This document shows, piece after piece, positions 40,601 through 50,744 of a DNA stretch of 64,000 nucleotides. Position numbers and translations under genes: made by a program. This DNA is from Candidatus Woykebacteria bacterium (GTDB taxonomy: Bacteria; Patescibacteriota; Microgenomatia; Woykebacterales; RBG-16-39-9b). Below the pieces are notes generated by a model. That model saw only the letters and a program-made list of their open reading frames with translations. It made no database searches and was not told the origin of the DNA. Within the stretch, counting starts at the first letter, position 1; each line of letters starts with the position of its first letter. The stretch spans positions 264,547-328,546 of the forward strand of contig JBBDPM010000006.1 of assembly GCA_040876345.1 (NCBI GenBank), in the 5' to 3' direction.

Positions 40601-42733
40601 GCCGCGCCGCTTTGGAGTGCTTGCTCTGGTTCGGCCGCTACAGCCTGGTCCTCATTAACAGCCCCTAGTGGAAGCCTCTCAATTGCTCATGCGGCTAATA
40701 CAACCAGCTTCACATTCAATTCTGTAACCAGTGGAACAGCCTGGACCCAAAGCTCTACTTCTTTAACCACCGGGATACTTAACCAAGAATCCTTCACTTC
40801 AGCACTTGCTGCAACCGGAACTACTACTGGTTTAAGAATTAGCCCTACAATCGCGGGTACTGCTGCAGCTAACACTTACACTATCAACGCTCTAGACCTA
40901 GCTGCTATAGCGGGGTCTTGTCCAGCCACTGCTACCTGCCGAAACAACGCCATGAACATTGGATCTTACGCCATCGCCGATGCTGACCAAACTTCAGTTG
41001 CCATAAATATCGCGGATCAATACAACGCCACGGGCACCCACTACGGGATCTGTTTTGATTGTGATGGGACTTATAGTAATGCGCAGGCAGCAAATGGTAT
41101 CAACTGGGGTAATGATGCCAATAGTGTCGATCTTTATCGATCTGATTTAAATACTTTGAAAACTGATGACACCTTTGAAGCTAGTCCAATACTAACAGAC
41201 ACCTCTGGAGTGAAATGGGGAGGTATATTAAATGCTGATATACGACCCACAGCTGATTCCTCCGGGACATTTAGTGGCGTCATAGGTCAAGCTCAAATAT
41301 TGATTGGTACAACAGTTGATTTAACCGCAGATGTGTCCGGGGTGAAAGGTTCCATAAGACCTGTGTTTAGCACCACGAGTGGATCGGTAACTTGGGCTAA
41401 GGGAGTGGCCGGCGTTTTTGACGGTGCGGCCAATGTGAGCATAAACTTCACCAATTTTGCAAACTTTCACGCAAAGGATCCTACACTTGGAGGCGCTACA
41501 ATTACTAATAGCTACGGTCTTTATCTCGAGCCTCAAACTCAAGCTACGAATAATTACGGCATTTGTTTTGATTGTGACGGTACTTTCGGTACTCAAACAG
41601 TCGGTACAGGAATCCGCTGGGGTACAGATGCTACCACTGCAAATAATGTTCAGCTTTACCGAAGTGCTGATGGAACTGCCCTACTTGAGCTTGGCGACGG
41701 AACTGATTTAATTTCAGCAGCCGCAGCTACTTTCTCGCTCAATTTGGACAACACCACCTCAAGGACAGAACGGCTTTGTCACGGTGGCGGAGACGCCGGA
41801 ACCGGAATTGCCGCCATATCGGATTGCTCAGGAACCCCAGGAGATTACGCTGAAGAGTATGGTACTGCTGATTCTTCCATCGAAGCTGGTGATTTAGTTG
41901 CGGTCGATTCTAACCGCCAGGCTCAAGGTGTAGTTAATGACGGTCAACTAGGTTCAAAAGCTTGGGTGTTGAAGTCGAAAGAATCCTACGAGCCAAGCTT
42001 AATCGGAGTTGTTTCCACAAATCCAAATGAAGTGATTGGTAAGAATTTTAACTCAAGTGAAAATCCGAGGCCAGTAGCTTTAAATGGTAGAGTTCCTCTT
42101 AAAGTTTCTTCTGGGAACGGCTCTATCGCTCCAGGCGACCCATTAACAAGTTCGTCTACCCCAGGAGTGGCTATGAAAGCCACAAAGAGCGGGGCGATTG
42201 TTGGAAAAGCCTTACAGTCCTACGATGGATCCGGTGTTGGTAAGATAATTGCCTTTGTCTCTGTGGGGTGGTATGTAGAACCAATACAGACAAATGGCGA
42301 GGGGCAAGTAACAAGTTTAGAGGGCTCACTTATTAACTCACTAACTATCAACTCGATACAAATTGGTGAGAACAAACTAGGTTTGGACAACCAAGGAGAC
42401 CTGCGATTAGATGGAAACTTAGTGGTGGCTGGGGATATTAATATTAGTGGAGATCTTGCCTTAACCGGTGATTTAGTTGCTTCAAGCGTTAAGACAGATG
42501 AACTCAAGATAAGCGATAAGACCTCGGGATCTGGAGAGATACTGGCTGGCAAATCCTTTGTCGCTATAGAAAATGTGAAATTAACCAAAGACTCAAAAGT
42601 TGTAACAACCTTTACTTCTGATTGGGCAGGGGCAACACGCTACTGGATTACTAAAGAAGATGGGAAGTTTGAGGTTCACACGGACCAATCCGTAACCTCT
42701 AATGCTAGCTTTGATTGGATCATAATAAATTAA
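37637..42733 (+). CDS. giant membrane-anchored fibre-like protein: MerR-like HTH, TM, G/S/T-rich fibre, peptidase-G2-like chaperone domain
   Basis: GVDFGKG.PYNRLRYYTKIGLLPR..R (MerR-like HTH); TM; ATLQSAYDAG; DYAE...GRVP.KV...NG.I..GD.LTSS..PGVAMKA; ATG 37637 used because the ORF-track TTG is the -35 box. Confidence 0.85.
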   Translation: MEPTKLEGQTLLPYSEIITLAKKVGVDFGKGYPYNRLRYYTKIGLLPRAQRKSFGASPEGCYPSWVVDKLVDVDRKLKSGATIQAILREESDPKTNPVTNLEPITLTPAYGVYPNLLAQSEIDHRSSIVDSRTSNIDHPTSWFPFLGKTLAYSTLLLIILGASLVSAYFWPPTHQGLRNIAANLGTKDSISRDGKDISRSANLLSDKVGSVLGRATSPFLKINVETEMDKLLSANGGIVTNGADVNLGDGQLTASNVIYDIVAGENVTVGTGQTPTISVPDITAGIGSVSGTAGRITSTGGDNPAINIASNYAGQTSINTLGTITTGNWNGSVISDAFINNNLTISSSGSVAWSALNSYPASCGAGEFVRAVGDALTCVAESGGVPTTRTLTAGAGLSGGGDLSADRTFDVGAGNGITVNANDVEVNANAADFEFVAGVLNIAAGAIEDDEVDDDITISSSGSVDWSALTGYPADCSAGSALTGFNDANPDTFDCDADFVESNVAETITGGWVFNTNPTTFDTDATFNAGIIASALSGAAGTALCIDGTDNIVTCNAGSSSATLQSAYDAGNSITTADADGSILFNLADTAADQDFIVDILGTGNTFEVRDNNSPILSVADGGTVGITGTLDVSGHGAFGGGGSVLSSRILNVSETFTTGGARGLVVNPTFNPSALTTVRSFDNTPTFGPTGASTITMVGDYVKSTVGGSNTGAGTSLYNSYIDSPTIGGTTVVNNYGLYMADQSGATNNYALYQTGTSATNILNANTRIGSTTIPAATLDIAGTLLADSDVTLSHSGTENLEIISTSSTDMINLAIYAHASALAGAKTGILISNAGGGFPEGLDIGLNVTNVNGLDMPDGILIDSSSGTYTDAIDVSDSDIVNALNVGSNVILGTTPTIDFTNFDVSSGGQLTFTGVSTDITTGANEDLTLSPNGTGDIILSTDGDTSAILSSFANNNGVVYTNGSGVLAQTATGGAGTLCLTSASGAAPLWSACSGSAATAWSSLTAPSGSLSIAHAANTTSFTFNSVTSGTAWTQSSTSLTTGILNQESFTSALAATGTTTGLRISPTIAGTAAANTYTINALDLAAIAGSCPATATCRNNAMNIGSYAIADADQTSVAINIADQYNATGTHYGICFDCDGTYSNAQAANGINWGNDANSVDLYRSDLNTLKTDDTFEASPILTDTSGVKWGGILNADIRPTADSSGTFSGVIGQAQILIGTTVDLTADVSGVKGSIRPVFSTTSGSVTWAKGVAGVFDGAANVSINFTNFANFHAKDPTLGGATITNSYGLYLEPQTQATNNYGICFDCDGTFGTQTVGTGIRWGTDATTANNVQLYRSADGTALLELGDGTDLISAAAATFSLNLDNTTSRTERLCHGGGDAGTGIAAISDCSGTPGDYAEEYGTADSSIEAGDLVAVDSNRQAQGVVNDGQLGSKAWVLKSKESYEPSLIGVVSTNPNEVIGKNFNSSENPRPVALNGRVPLKVSSGNGSIAPGDPLTSSSTPGVAMKATKSGAIVGKALQSYDGSGVGKIIAFVSVGWYVEPIQTNGEGQVTSLEGSLINSLTINSIQIGENKLGLDNQGDLRLDGNLVVAGDINISGDLALTGDLVASSVKTDELKISDKTSGSGEILAGKSFVAIENVKLTKDSKVVTTFTSDWAGATRYWITKEDGKFEVHTDQSVTSNASFDWIIIN

Positions 42734-42786
42734 TTTCTCGTAACAATTGACAGTCTTGTGGATTTTTAATAAACTTCTAAAGTCAG

Positions 42787-44979
42787 ATGAGAGAACAATA
42801 TTCTAGAATCATTAGTCAAATAATAAACTTTGGAATAATCGCTATAATTTTTATCGTTCCTCTTCTTTTTATTCCCCTACCCCAAAACGCGAATGACGCG
42901 AGAGTTTTTACTGAGTTTAACAAGGGTTTGCTTTTTATTTTTGGATCTCTGGCCCTTTTTAGTCTCTGGACCTTTAAGATGGTTCTGGAAAAAAAAGTAA
43001 CGATAATTCGCACCCCAATCGACATACCCCTGATAGCATTTCTTTTGATTTACGCCCTTTCTACAATCTTCAGTATCGATCCTTTTGTGTCGGTTGCTGG
43101 CTATTACGGCATTTTTCACCCCTCGCTACTTGGTGTTTTTGCCCTTGTCTTATTTTACTTTACAGCAGTCTCCAATTTAAACCGGAGAACTAGAGCTTTG
43201 GCTCTTTGGTCTATGGTAGCTTCAATTGTACTGCTATCAATTATAAATATTTTTAATTTCTTTGGGCTACACACGATCCCCTACAAAATCGCCCAAACCC
43301 GCGATTGGATACCAATTTTGAGCCTGGGAACTTTATCCTTCATTAATGCCTTGGTAATACCAGTGAGCGTTGGGCTCGCGCTTTCCAGTAAAATTTTGTG
43401 GCAGAGGGTTTTAGGCTTTGGCTTTGCGATAATCCTTCTTATCCCTATTCTAATAATTAATGTACTCGGCGCCTGGTTAGCACTAATTGCCGCCCTTGCC
43501 ACCTTTCTTATATTCGCCCCTAACGTTCTTCAAGACAAGGAAACCCGTCTACATATTTTAATTGCTTCTGGTATTGCTATCATATTAGCGATAATATTTT
43601 TAACTCCCGCCCTTTCTGATAACATAGTTAAACCTTTAATAAATGGGGAGAACAAATCTAAAAACTTACAAGCGGAGCCCGCACTTTCCTTAGACAGCGG
43701 CTGGAAAATAGCTGCAAATGCAGCTAGCAAAAGGCCTTTTCTTGGCTCTGGCCCAGCAACATTTCCTTTTGTTTTTACCCGCTACTCGCCTCTCTCTCTA
43801 AACCAAACCCAAAATTGGAATGTTCGCTTTGAGCAAGCTTCAAACGAATATATTAATCTAATCTCGACAGTAGGTTTCGCGGGGCTTGCTCTTTTCTTAA
43901 TTATTTTATTCTTAATATTACGTCCACTTTTTCAATTTGTTTCGAAAAGTTCAACGATAAGGGAAAATCCCCTGCTTCTATTACTTCTATCTTCCCTCTC
44001 GGGATTTGTAGTTGGGAGTTTATTTTTCGACACGAGCCTAATAATAGGTATATTTCTAATGCTTCTTGCGGTGTCAATATTCGGAGCTCTCTTTGATTTT
44101 GGTGCTAAAGGGGTAGAAAAAATCAACTTAAAGCTCGTATCCCTAAATTCAGGTGCCATAAAAACTTTTTCTGATGAAAAGGAAGGAACCAACAATACAC
44201 TTGGTTTTGCCCTTTTAATACCTTCGACAGTTGTCATGGCACTATTAGCATATTTTGGTACCCAAGCTTATCGCGCCGAGGTTTTTTATCAAAAAGCTCT
44301 TCAAAAAGCCTCTGAAAATAAGGGGCTTGAGACTCGGGATCTTTTGGAAAAAGCAACTAATACTTTTCCCCACCGAGATATTTATCACCGAACTTTATCT
44401 ATAGTAGACCTTAAACTTGCTGTTAATCTAAGTTCTCAAGAAGCGAATGAGCAAAACAAAAAAAACTTAGAAACATTATTATCCCAAGCTGTTTCCGAAG
44501 GTAAAATAGCAAGCGGATATCAAACGCCTCGTACTTGGGGTACAAGCAGTGAAAACGTGGTTAACTGGGAGTCTTTATCCACAGTTTATACGAGTCTTGT
44601 CGGTTCAGTAAAAGGTGCGGATGATAATACTATTCGAACCTATTCCATGGCTATAGAAAAATTCCCCAGAAATCCTCTATTTTATGAAGCTTTAGCAGGT
44701 GTGTACTTAAAAATAAATCAAACCGAAAATGCGATCAGGGCTGCCGAAAGGGCCGTAACTCTAAAACCCGATCTTGCCTCCCCCCATTATACACTGGCTC
44801 AAGCTTACAGAAAAAAAGAGGACCGCGGGCAAGACGCTGCAATCCAACTACAAGTTGCCTTAAACTTATTACCCGAAGGTTCTGATAAAGATAGAGTAAA
44901 ATCCGAACTTGAAGAACTAAAAAAGGGCCTGAAAACCAAACCATCTGAAACAACCTCTTCAGCGAAACCAAATCCTTGA
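42787..44979 (+). CDS. O-antigen ligase (Wzy_C)-family membrane protein with C-terminal TPR repeats
   Basis: About 12 TM helices; W..A......PFLGSGPATF, SNEY (H replaced); TPR-like C-terminus. Confidence 0.85.
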   Translation: MREQYSRIISQIINFGIIAIIFIVPLLFIPLPQNANDARVFTEFNKGLLFIFGSLALFSLWTFKMVLEKKVTIIRTPIDIPLIAFLLIYALSTIFSIDPFVSVAGYYGIFHPSLLGVFALVLFYFTAVSNLNRRTRALALWSMVASIVLLSIINIFNFFGLHTIPYKIAQTRDWIPILSLGTLSFINALVIPVSVGLALSSKILWQRVLGFGFAIILLIPILIINVLGAWLALIAALATFLIFAPNVLQDKETRLHILIASGIAIILAIIFLTPALSDNIVKPLINGENKSKNLQAEPALSLDSGWKIAANAASKRPFLGSGPATFPFVFTRYSPLSLNQTQNWNVRFEQASNEYINLISTVGFAGLALFLIILFLILRPLFQFVSKSSTIRENPLLLLLLSSLSGFVVGSLFFDTSLIIGIFLMLLAVSIFGALFDFGAKGVEKINLKLVSLNSGAIKTFSDEKEGTNNTLGFALLIPSTVVMALLAYFGTQAYRAEVFYQKALQKASENKGLETRDLLEKATNTFPHRDIYHRTLSIVDLKLAVNLSSQEANEQNKKNLETLLSQAVSEGKIASGYQTPRTWGTSSENVVNWESLSTVYTSLVGSVKGADDNTIRTYSMAIEKFPRNPLFYEALAGVYLKINQTENAIRAAERAVTLKPDLASPHYTLAQAYRKKEDRGQDAAIQLQVALNLLPEGSDKDRVKSELEELKKGLKTKPSETTSSAKPNP

Positions 44980-45015
44980 GTGAAAGCTCACACTGTGCTA
45001 AAATTGCTCATCTAA

Positions 45016-45092
45016 GGGCCTGTGGCGCAATTGGTTAGCGCGCCTCCATGGCATGGAGGAGGTTAGGGGTTCGAGTCCCCTCAGGTCCACCA
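45016..45092 (+). tRNA. tRNA-Ala(GGC)
   Basis: Cloverleaf; G3:U70; anticodon loop ATGGCAT; GGTTCGAGTCC; encoded CCA. Confidence 0.95.
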
Positions 45093-45169
45093 TGGGCCTG
45101 TTTGATTCTTACGAATCCTGTGCTCTTAAAGAGCTGATGCTCAGTTGGCTAGACCTGCCTGCCGCTAAA

Positions 45170-45243
45170 GGGCTCGTAGTTCAATGGTAGAACAGGGCAT
45201 TCGCATTGCCCAGATCCGAGTTCGATTCTCGGTGGGTCCACCA
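45170..45243 (+). tRNA. tRNA-Ala(CGC)
   Basis: Cloverleaf; G3:U70; stem GGGCA/TGCCC with loop TTCGCAT; GTTCGATTC; CCA. Confidence 0.92.
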
Positions 45244-45248
45244 CATAT

Positions 45249-46268
45249 TTAAGCCAATTTAATCAACTCATCCTTAAGTTCTTCTAAACCCTCACCCGTA
45301 ACTGATGATATTGATATTACTTCTATATTGTACTTTTTAAATTGATCTATTTTGTTCTTTAAATCCTCAGCAATTAGTATATCAATCTTATTCATAACAA
45401 TTATTACTGGTTTATCATTTAGGCTACCAGTCTTTACTGATAATTTTTTTGAGTACTCGGAAAGCTCGTTTTTAATTACAGTGATATCTGCAAAAGGATC
45501 CTGACTTTCAGCTGATACCAGGTGGACTAAGGCTCTAGTTCTCTCAACATGCCTAAGAAACTGATCCCCTAGCCCCTTACCTTTACTAGCTCCTTCAATT
45601 AACCCTGGAATGTCGGCAATTACTAACTCCTTACCCTTATGGTGCATCACCCCTAGATTAGGCTCAAGTGTCGTAAAGGGGTAAGGCGAGATTTTGGGTT
45701 TTGCGGATGTTAGTTTTGAAAGAAGTGTTGATTTCCCAGAGCTTGGAAGTCCAACTAGACCGATATCGGCTAAAAGCTTCAACTCCAAAGTTACAAGTAC
45801 CTGTTCCCCAGGAGAGCCTTTTTCAGCGTGTTTTAGGGCTTCGTAATTGATCTTTCCATTAAAATCTTTGGGTATATCAGATCTTTTTAGATGAGAGTTG
45901 CCTCTACCCCCTTTACCTCCAAGAGCTAAAAGCTCTTTCTGTTCATTCTTTACCATATCAATGATAGTGGAACCCGAATCATCATTAACTAAAGTTCCAA
46001 CCGGTACTTCCAATACTAAATCTTCCCCTTTTGCCCCTTGCTTATCCGATTTCCCCCCATCAACCCCATCTTGGGCATCAAAATCTTTCTTATACCGATA
46101 AGGTAGCAGGGTTGAAAGGTTCCTAGTTGCTTTTATGAATAAGTTACCACCGTCTCCACCATTTCCCCCCTCCGGCGGGCCGTAGGCTTTACCCTTCAAC
46201 CTTCTAAATGAGACGTGTCCATCACCACCATCGCCCGCCCTAATGCGAATTTTTACATAGTCGATCAT
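45249..46268 (-). CDS. obgE: GTPase Obg
   Basis: Gly-rich Obg fold (AGDGGDG, GGNGGDGG), GLPSSGKST, YPFTT, DIPGLIEGA, NKID. Confidence 0.95.
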   Translation of the reverse strand: MIDYVKIRIRAGDGGDGHVSFRRLKGKAYGPPEGGNGGDGGNLFIKATRNLSTLLPYRYKKDFDAQDGVDGGKSDKQGAKGEDLVLEVPVGTLVNDDSGSTIIDMVKNEQKELLALGGKGGRGNSHLKRSDIPKDFNGKINYEALKHAEKGSPGEQVLVTLELKLLADIGLVGLPSSGKSTLLSKLTSAKPKISPYPFTTLEPNLGVMHHKGKELVIADIPGLIEGASKGKGLGDQFLRHVERTRALVHLVSAESQDPFADITVIKNELSEYSKKLSVKTGSLNDKPVIIVMNKIDILIAEDLKNKIDQFKKYNIEVISISSVTGEGLEELKDELIKLA

Positions 46269-46319
46269 AAATCAACCATATGTTACAAGAAAAGTGAGTA
46301 AAGTTGAAGTCTTAATATC

Positions 46320-47570
46320 TTAAAAGACTGAAAGTGGGTTGATGGAAGATCCGTTTCTTCTCACTTCAAAGTGTAAATGGGCTCCCGTACAAAGACCGGT
46401 GCAGCCGACAGCACCAATTATTTGCCCCCGCTTAACAGACTGCCCTACATTTACTTTAATATCGGAAAGGTGGGCGTATGATGTCACGTAACCGTTGCCG
46501 TGATCAATGAATATATGCCAACCAAAACCGTACCATTGTCTAGTTGCGGTAACTACGCGTCCTGTGCCAACAGCATAGACTCCATCACCGTAAGATGCAC
46601 CGATATCTACTGCCGGATGCCACCAACTCGGGTATTGATTAATTACATGGACGCTGGTTGGCCACCCGAACAACCCACTACCAGAAGCAGCGTAATAGAC
46701 TGGTGCTTGACTATTGGTGGAGCCGGCGACCGGTACTCTCAAAGGAGCTGGTTTTTCACCTCCTGGAACAAAAAGCGTTGTACCCACCTGAAGTGCTAGC
46801 GAACTATCAATATAATTGAACGGGAAATCAGCAATTGCCTGAGCAGCCGCCTTATACCTTTTGGCAACGCTTGTAATTGTTTCCCCCTTCTTAACTTTGT
46901 GAACAACTCCGCTAACCGGTGGGATATTGACAACGTCCCCCGGCTTTGTACTATCTGCATCTGAAAGATCGTTTGCCCATTTTATGCTATCTATTGACAC
47001 ACCAAATTTTTCCGCAAGTTGTGAGAGTGTGTCTCCCTTGACGATTGTGTATTCGATAACGCTAGACCTTGGCCTATCCTGAGGAATTATCGTCTCAGGG
47101 TTGCTATTTACAGTTAAAGCCGCCTCCGTCAGTGTTAAATCCTGGGCTGCAAGATCACTTTTGCTAAAAAGTCCGCTTGCCACCACAGCTATCACTATTA
47201 AAGCCACTACTCCTCCATGAACAAACGGGCGGAAAAGTAGTCCTCTTCGCCACATCAAAGCACCTACTACTTTATCCTTAATAGACTCAAAGAGGACCGT
47301 AGAATCGATTAGTTTTATTTTAACGAACGCTACATAGATAATGAGAAATTTAATAAAGTCAAAAACAAGCATAAATGTACTTGTAATTATGGACAACAAT
47401 AACTTTGTTAAATTTTTAATTGAAGTACTAAGATCAGTTTGTAGGAATCTTAGACTGAGAGAATATTTTAGGCCACTCTCTCCAACTTGGTATGGAGTGT
47501 ATTCGAATATATTTGAGGTTTCTGTATAAAAGAGATCTTCCCTGCTGTCTTGTGACGATGGCTCTTCCAT
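46320..47570 (-). CDS. LysM x2 + M23 metallopeptidase
   Basis: Y.IVKGDTLS, HKVKKGETI LysM domains; HPAVD, YAHL, HLHFE. Confidence 0.92.
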   Translation of the reverse strand: MEEPSSQDSREDLFYTETSNIFEYTPYQVGESGLKYSLSLRFLQTDLSTSIKNLTKLLLSIITSTFMLVFDFIKFLIIYVAFVKIKLIDSTVLFESIKDKVVGALMWRRGLLFRPFVHGGVVALIVIAVVASGLFSKSDLAAQDLTLTEAALTVNSNPETIIPQDRPRSSVIEYTIVKGDTLSQLAEKFGVSIDSIKWANDLSDADSTKPGDVVNIPPVSGVVHKVKKGETITSVAKRYKAAAQAIADFPFNYIDSSLALQVGTTLFVPGGEKPAPLRVPVAGSTNSQAPVYYAASGSGLFGWPTSVHVINQYPSWWHPAVDIGASYGDGVYAVGTGRVVTATRQWYGFGWHIFIDHGNGYVTSYAHLSDIKVNVGQSVKRGQIIGAVGCTGLCTGAHLHFEVRRNGSSINPLSVF

Positions 47571-47712
47571 CGAAAAACCCGCTTCAATAAGAAAAAGTGT
47601 CCTTCCGAATACTCACTCTTATCTAACGGGACCCTCCGTAAACAAACTGTTACTAATATAATAACACAACCAAACAACCCACTCTACTTACCCATTCGTA
47701 TTAATTCGGGTA

Positions 47713-49023
47713 TCACACTTCTTTGTGCAAAGTTTCCAAGAAATCTTCGTTACTTGCTGTCTTTGAAAGCCTCTCAATAAGAAGCTCGGTTCGCTCCAGG
47801 TCACCCAAGGCTTCAAGCATGCGCCTGAGCCTCCATACTTTTTGAAGCTCGCCTTCTTTGAATAAATACTCTTCATTTCTGGTGCCCGACATGCTCACGT
47901 CTATACTTGGGAATATTCTTCTTTCTGAAAGACTTCGGTTTAGATGGAGCTCCATATTACCCGTGCCTTTGAACTCTTCGTAAATTAAATCATCCATGCG
48001 GCTACCTGTATCTACAAGAGCGGTCGCAATAATTGTAAGCGAGCCCCCGCCTTCAAAGTTTCTGGCAGCTCCAAAGAATTTTTTTGGCGGATACAAAGCC
48101 ACTGGGTCAAAACCCCCACTTAAGGTTCTGCCTGAAGGGGGAAGAGCCAGGTTATAGGCACGGCCAAGCCTTGTTATTGAATCAAGGAGAATAACAACAT
48201 CTTTTCCAGTCTCAACTAGTCTTTTGGCTCTATCTAAGCTAATTTCGGCCACTTTTATCTGACTCTCCGGTGGTTCATCAAAGTTGGAGGAAACTACTTC
48301 ACCCTTAACGCCTCGGCGAATATCAGTCACCTCTTCTGGTCGCTCTCCTATTAAAACAGCCATCAGATGAACATCTTTATGATTAGTAGATATTCCGTTT
48401 GCAATATCTTTTAAAATTGTGGTTTTGCCGGCCTTCGGGGGTGAAACAACCATTCCTCTTTGCCCAAAACCAATTGGAGATAAAATATCGATCATCCGAG
48501 TTGATAGTGGGGTTTTACCTGTTTCCAATTTTAATTTTTTGTCTGGGTAAATAGCGGTAAGATTTTCAAAGCGGGGTCGGGCCGTTGCTTTATCAGGATC
48601 CAAGCTGTTAACCTTCTCTACTTTGAGCATACCGTAATAGCGCTCAGTATCTTTCGGTGGTCTTATCTCACCCTCTACCTCATCTCCAGCTCGGATATCG
48701 AAGCGGCGGATTTGACTCTGCGAAATATAAATATCACCTTGCCCGGGGATCATACCACTGGCCCGCAAGAAACCGTAGCCGTCTGGCATAACCTCTAATA
48801 CTCCTTTTCCTCTACCTGTTGGTCCAGCATTAGTATCTTCGTAGGTTGGTACTTCCTCTTTTTGAGGAGGCTCGGAGACGGTTGTGTAATCTAGAACTTG
48901 GGGCTTAACACTAGTTTCCTTCGAAGCAGAAGTTTTTCTCTCATTTAGAGAAGCTTCTTCTTTAGGTTCGGTTTTTTCACTAACCAGATCTTTTGGTTCA
49001 ATTTTAGTAGATTTACTTGGCAT
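47713..49023 (-). CDS. rho: transcription termination factor Rho
   Basis: [43 protein letters not shown]. Confidence 0.97.
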   Translation of the reverse strand: MPSKSTKIEPKDLVSEKTEPKEEASLNERKTSASKETSVKPQVLDYTTVSEPPQKEEVPTYEDTNAGPTGRGKGVLEVMPDGYGFLRASGMIPGQGDIYISQSQIRRFDIRAGDEVEGEIRPPKDTERYYGMLKVEKVNSLDPDKATARPRFENLTAIYPDKKLKLETGKTPLSTRMIDILSPIGFGQRGMVVSPPKAGKTTILKDIANGISTNHKDVHLMAVLIGERPEEVTDIRRGVKGEVVSSNFDEPPESQIKVAEISLDRAKRLVETGKDVVILLDSITRLGRAYNLALPPSGRTLSGGFDPVALYPPKKFFGAARNFEGGGSLTIIATALVDTGSRMDDLIYEEFKGTGNMELHLNRSLSERRIFPSIDVSMSGTRNEEYLFKEGELQKVWRLRRMLEALGDLERTELLIERLSKTASNEDFLETLHKEV

Positions 49024-49192
49024 AATAAACTTTTGGCTTTTGCACGTTTAGGGAAACTTAATGAGAGGCCAATTCGCCCAAATTAAAACATAGTCTACAT
49101 TACTTGTCAAGGGCTTTAGCTAGGTACTTAAGATGGCCAGACTAAGATGTAAGAGCACTAGTGTAACCAGGGCTTTGAAGTTACGAAGCGTC

Positions 49193-50512
49193 TTATATCT
49201 TTCTCTTCAACCTGCGAAGGAACACACCGGCTGGTGCTATACCACCAAGAAGTAGTAACAACGCTCCAGGACCAGTATTTGGAAGCTCTTTGATCTTACT
49301 AAGCACTTTACCAACTTGCTTGTTCCCAAATCGAACTTCAGAAAGCTCTTTGGCTTTAACTTCAACTTTAACGTTATTGTCGGTAGTGATTCTCCAACCA
49401 GCTGGGACTATTTCGGACACTCTGTAAGTTCCAGGCTCAAGGTCACGAATTATAACTACGCCATCACCTTCAGTGGTTACAGTTTTCTCAATTCCTTCAC
49501 CAGAGATTCTGAACTTGAATCCAGGTAGGCTGCGCTCACCATCGTTGAATGTTTTATCACCATTGCTATCTTCAAACTTGAAGATCTTTAAATGCCCACG
49601 CTCTGGCGCACCTTTCTTGACTTCTACTTTAATTTTGTTGTCACATTCAATCCAAACTGGAGTTTGATCAGATTTAATTCTAGCTGCGTTTCTGATTTCA
49701 GTTCCGTCTTTAACGTCACTTTTTACTTTAACTTTAAATTTCAAAAGACCTTTGTTAACTGTGTCTAAATCACCAACGTTAAGACCATCTTTGATCCAAG
49801 CGTCAGTTATATTAGTGTGGAAATTACCACGATCGTAAGTAGTACTACCTTTTATGTAAGTTACTTCAGAAGGAAGCACATCAAAAACTCTTACGTTATT
49901 AAGCACCATGTTACCGTTGTTGCAAAGCTCAATTGTGTAAGTAACAGTGTCTCCTGGAGAAACTGTAGATTTATCGGCTTTCTTAGCAGCACAAATACTT
50001 GGGTTTCTTAAGAACACCTTTGTCTGGGAATTCTTTTGAACTCTAGCTGTTTGATCGCTTGTAACCGAGACCGCACTCCAAATAATATTGTCATTATTGG
50101 CATTTTGAGCAACTCTGGTTTGATACTTAAGTATTACATTTGTACCTGAGAGTACCGTACCAAAGTTTACACCATCGCGAATCCATGCATCGGTTAGTGA
50201 ACGCGTAATTCCTGTAGAGGTTCTAGTGTAGGTAGTAGAACCATTTATGTAATCAGCTAAGTTCGGTTCGTTAATCCATAGGAAAACTGTAGTTAAGTCA
50301 GCTGTTCCCGTATTTTTTATTGTAAGAGTGTAATTAAGAAGGTCACCTCTGTCTGCAACCGCCTTATCAACCACATTGGTGAGCTCTATATTTGGCGCTG
50401 CGTGTACTGGTGTTGCTAATGCAAAAGTAATTGGCAATAGAGAACCAGAAAGTAGAGCAACGCTAGTTGCTCCTGCTAAAACTTTTTTAACTACTTTGTT
50501 TAATTTTTTCAT
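49193..50512 (-). CDS. LPxTG surface protein with two DUF11 domains and a SpaA/prealbumin-like domain
   Basis: Signal peptide; repeated DK....GD...YT....N.G domains; KFEDSNGD...Y.V.E..P.GW; LPNTG + TM + basic tail. Confidence 0.85.
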   Translation of the reverse strand: MKKLNKVVKKVLAGATSVALLSGSLLPITFALATPVHAAPNIELTNVVDKAVADRGDLLNYTLTIKNTGTADLTTVFLWINEPNLADYINGSTTYTRTSTGITRSLTDAWIRDGVNFGTVLSGTNVILKYQTRVAQNANNDNIIWSAVSVTSDQTARVQKNSQTKVFLRNPSICAAKKADKSTVSPGDTVTYTIELCNNGNMVLNNVRVFDVLPSEVTYIKGSTTYDRGNFHTNITDAWIKDGLNVGDLDTVNKGLLKFKVKVKSDVKDGTEIRNAARIKSDQTPVWIECDNKIKVEVKKGAPERGHLKIFKFEDSNGDKTFNDGERSLPGFKFRISGEGIEKTVTTEGDGVVIIRDLEPGTYRVSEIVPAGWRITTDNNVKVEVKAKELSEVRFGNKQVGKVLSKIKELPNTGPGALLLLLGGIAPAGVFLRRLKRKI

Positions 50513-50548
50513 AATTTTTCTTTTGGGCAGAAACCTTAAGAGGGGCAT

Positions 50549-50577
50549 GTGTCATCCTGAACTTGATTCAGGATCTC
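50549..50577. repeat. REP-like hairpin
   Basis: GTCATCCTGAACTTGATTCAGGATCTC (ATCCTGAA/TTCAGGAT). Confidence 0.6.
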
Positions 50578-50744
50578 TGTTTAAGATTTGCGCACTATAA
50601 CATAAACTATGAGCCTTGTCAAGTCCCTCTTCGAAACTACTAACTTTTGCTACTAATTTCGAAGAGAGGGGCAGACGATTCTTGTCCGAAGACTAAGAAC
50701 CGTATTTGATCTCACTCCTTCCCCTCTCTCCTTCACCTATGACC

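Noticed and set aside
37637-42733. Prophage tail fibre genes
   Set aside because: The proteins are membrane-anchored with cytoplasmic heads, and there are no capsid, terminase, portal or tail genes.
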